Translations under genes and position numbers: made by a program | In this document: in pieces, positions 46,771 to 48,388 of the stretch | How the letters are laid out: each line of letters begins with the position of its first letter | How positions within the stretch are numbered: position 1 is the stretch's first letter | Notes under the pieces: generated by a model | Seen by the model: only the letters and a program-made list of their open reading frames with translations | The model's database searches: none | What the model was told of the DNA's origin: nothing | Source: an uncultured Candidatus Saccharibacteria bacterium | GTDB lineage: Bacteria; Patescibacteriota; Saccharimonadia; Saccharimonadales; JAGQNJ01 | DNA: 48,388 bases | Assembly (NCBI GenBank): GCA_964577565.1 | Contig: CAZNZL010000004.1 | Location: 1 to 48,388 of the forward strand | Direction of reading: 5' to 3'

Positions 46771-47295
46771 ATGAAAACAATCTATTTTATCCGTCACGGC
46801 TTAAGTGAATTAGGCGTTGCCGGCAAACTGGCTGGCCGAATTGACACTCCCCTTGCGCCAGAAGGTAAAAAGCAGGCCAAAAAAGCTGGGCAACAAGCCA
46901 AAGAGCTTGGCGTTGAATATATTATCTCGTCACCGCTTTCACGCAGCCTGGAAACCGCTCGTATCATGGCCAAAGAAATTGGATATCCGCTTGATAAAAT
47001 AGAGGTAAACCCACTCTTTCGTGAACGAGATTTTGGCACGCTTGATGGCCAACCATACAAGCCGGGTATAAACTATGATCTTGTGCAAGGAGCAGAACCA
47101 ACGCAAACCCTGCTTGACCGCGCCGAACAAGCGGTGCAGTACTTACGATCTGTATCATATTCAAAAATTTTAGTCGTCAGCCACGGGTCAACCGGGCGGG
47201 CGTTACGCCACCACCTATACCCGCGTCAGCCGTTTCATGCGCCCATTAAATACGCTAATGCCGAGATTATTGAGTGGACGGTTAAGGACACTTAA
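46771..47295 (+). CDS. Histidine phosphatase family protein
   Basis: YFIRHG, SSPL.R..ETA, ERDFG, LVVSHG. Confidence 0.92.
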   Translation: MKTIYFIRHGLSELGVAGKLAGRIDTPLAPEGKKQAKKAGQQAKELGVEYIISSPLSRSLETARIMAKEIGYPLDKIEVNPLFRERDFGTLDGQPYKPGINYDLVQGAEPTQTLLDRAEQAVQYLRSVSYSKILVVSHGSTGRALRHHLYPRQPFHAPIKYANAEIIEWTVKDT

Positions 47296-47966
47296 AAATT
47301 AAGTGGTGTAAAGCGCGTGCTATTGCGAGCTTTTTCTTTATCTTTTAAGAGTTTATCGAATTTTTTCGGTGCGTACTGTCGGATACCTTCAACTGCAAAC
47401 AGCGCAATGTTTTCTTCTACGCGTTGCCGCTGTTCTCGTAATTGACTGGTTCTTTCTGTCAATAGGTCACTAGATAATGCAAGCATTATCTCTGACATCA
47501 CTAGATCTTCATGAGTCCCGTCATCTACTTGATGGCCCTGTTCCCTGCCTTGCCTATCATAATGAGCGGTGGTTAAAGAGGTGGTGTCTGCACTGACTAT
47601 AAGGTGGTGCACCGTTCTGCCTTCAGGATGTGCCACCGTTAACTGCCACTCGCAATCCGTTATGCCACAATCCTTTATACCATTGGCTTGAAACAAAAGG
47701 GTGCTAACACCCGGTAAACCGTTTTCATTATCGTACGATACGGGTATACCGTCGCTGGTCTTTCTATATTGTAGGATTACACCTGGCTCTAGGCCGTTTT
47801 CACCAAGTAGATCTAAATGTTCAAACCAGAATAGTTTACTAACTTGAGGTATATCTACCCCTGAAGCAAGTCCAGTTTCAATAGGCGCTTCAGTTTCAGG
47901 ACAAAAAAAATGACCCGATTCGGGTCCTTGCTCTAATAATTCGGCTTGTGTGTCTAGTATTGCCAT
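47292..47966 (-). CDS. Hypothetical protein
   Basis: Long ORF without recognisable motif. Confidence 0.65.
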   Translation of the reverse strand: MAILDTQAELLEQGPESGHFFCPETEAPIETGLASGVDIPQVSKLFWFEHLDLLGENGLEPGVILQYRKTSDGIPVSYDNENGLPGVSTLLFQANGIKDCGITDCEWQLTVAHPEGRTVHHLIVSADTTSLTTAHYDRQGREQGHQVDDGTHEDLVMSEIMLALSSDLLTERTSQLREQRQRVEENIALFAVEGIRQYAPKKFDKLLKDKEKARNSTRFTPLNF

Positions 47967-48034
47967 ACTAGGTTTATATTGTAGCAAGTTAAAATATAGT
48001 TTGGAAAGATTAAAATAAACAACATTTTTAGGCT

Positions 48035-48274
48035 TTAGGCTTCGATGTCGATTTTCTTCTCTAGCCTAATTCGTATGCGGTATTTTGCGGTTGGTATGGT
48101 TACCACTCTAAGGTGGTGCCAGAAAGTGTATTTTTTGACTGCGCCACTTTGTATCTCTGCCGCCATAAGCTCTAGCGGCCGTTTATGTTTACGGTAATCT
48201 ATATATGTGAGCACCAATCCAATACCAAGTATTACCCCGGCAGCTACTAACAGTGCTTGTAACTGGTCATTCAT
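48035..48274 (-). CDS. Hypothetical small membrane protein
   Basis: N-terminal TM then basic segment. Confidence 0.6.
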   Translation of the reverse strand: MNDQLQALLVAAGVILGIGLVLTYIDYRKHKRPLELMAAEIQSGAVKKYTFWHHLRVVTIPTAKYRIRIRLEKKIDIEA

Positions 48275-48388
48275 TCTACTGTAGTCTACCCCGTGACACT
48301 GATATCTGTAAACCTAGAAAGGTTATTTTTGTGCCCCTGCTGGCACCTCCACCCGTACCAGTGTCCCGCCATTCTCGGGTGACGTAAT

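Noticed and set aside
48276..48388. 3' end of a gene entering from the right edge
   Set aside because: All three minus frames are open over this short stretch (one resembles a histidine-kinase tail, one ends next to the following ATG); frame cannot be assigned

Overview
Bacterial chromosome segment with no rRNA and no CRISPR array. The gene set, shortened HrcA/TsaB, the PilB-C-pilin-M-N-O cluster and frequent leaderless starts suggest Saccharibacteria (Patescibacteria/CPR); this is inference. Housekeeping backbone: tRNA-Pro, rny, tsaB/tsaE, recX, recA, type IV pilus operon, ruvBAC, yebC, comEC, DEAD-box helicase, tRNA-Lys, two ATP-grasp enzymes, sortase, GGDEF protein, hrcA-grpE-dnaK-dnaJ with CIRCE operators, adk, lepA, murJ, ftsH, tilS. 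Main non-routine signals: (1) a complete 2.5-kb IS1595-family element (25-bp TIRs, 8-bp TSD) carrying a toxin-antitoxin-like three-gene cargo, a 31-aa ORF and two convergent predicted small RNAs that share an exact 19-nt sense/antisense match; (2) lepA bracketed by inverted copies of a hairpin element, with 143-bp-period duplications at both gene ends, the 3' copy being synonymously recoded; (3) a palindromic repeat inserted in frame inside LepA with a sister copy in the dnaK leader; (4) one shared tRNA-linked repeat architecture at both tRNAs. All family assignments are by motif recognition; no searches were run.
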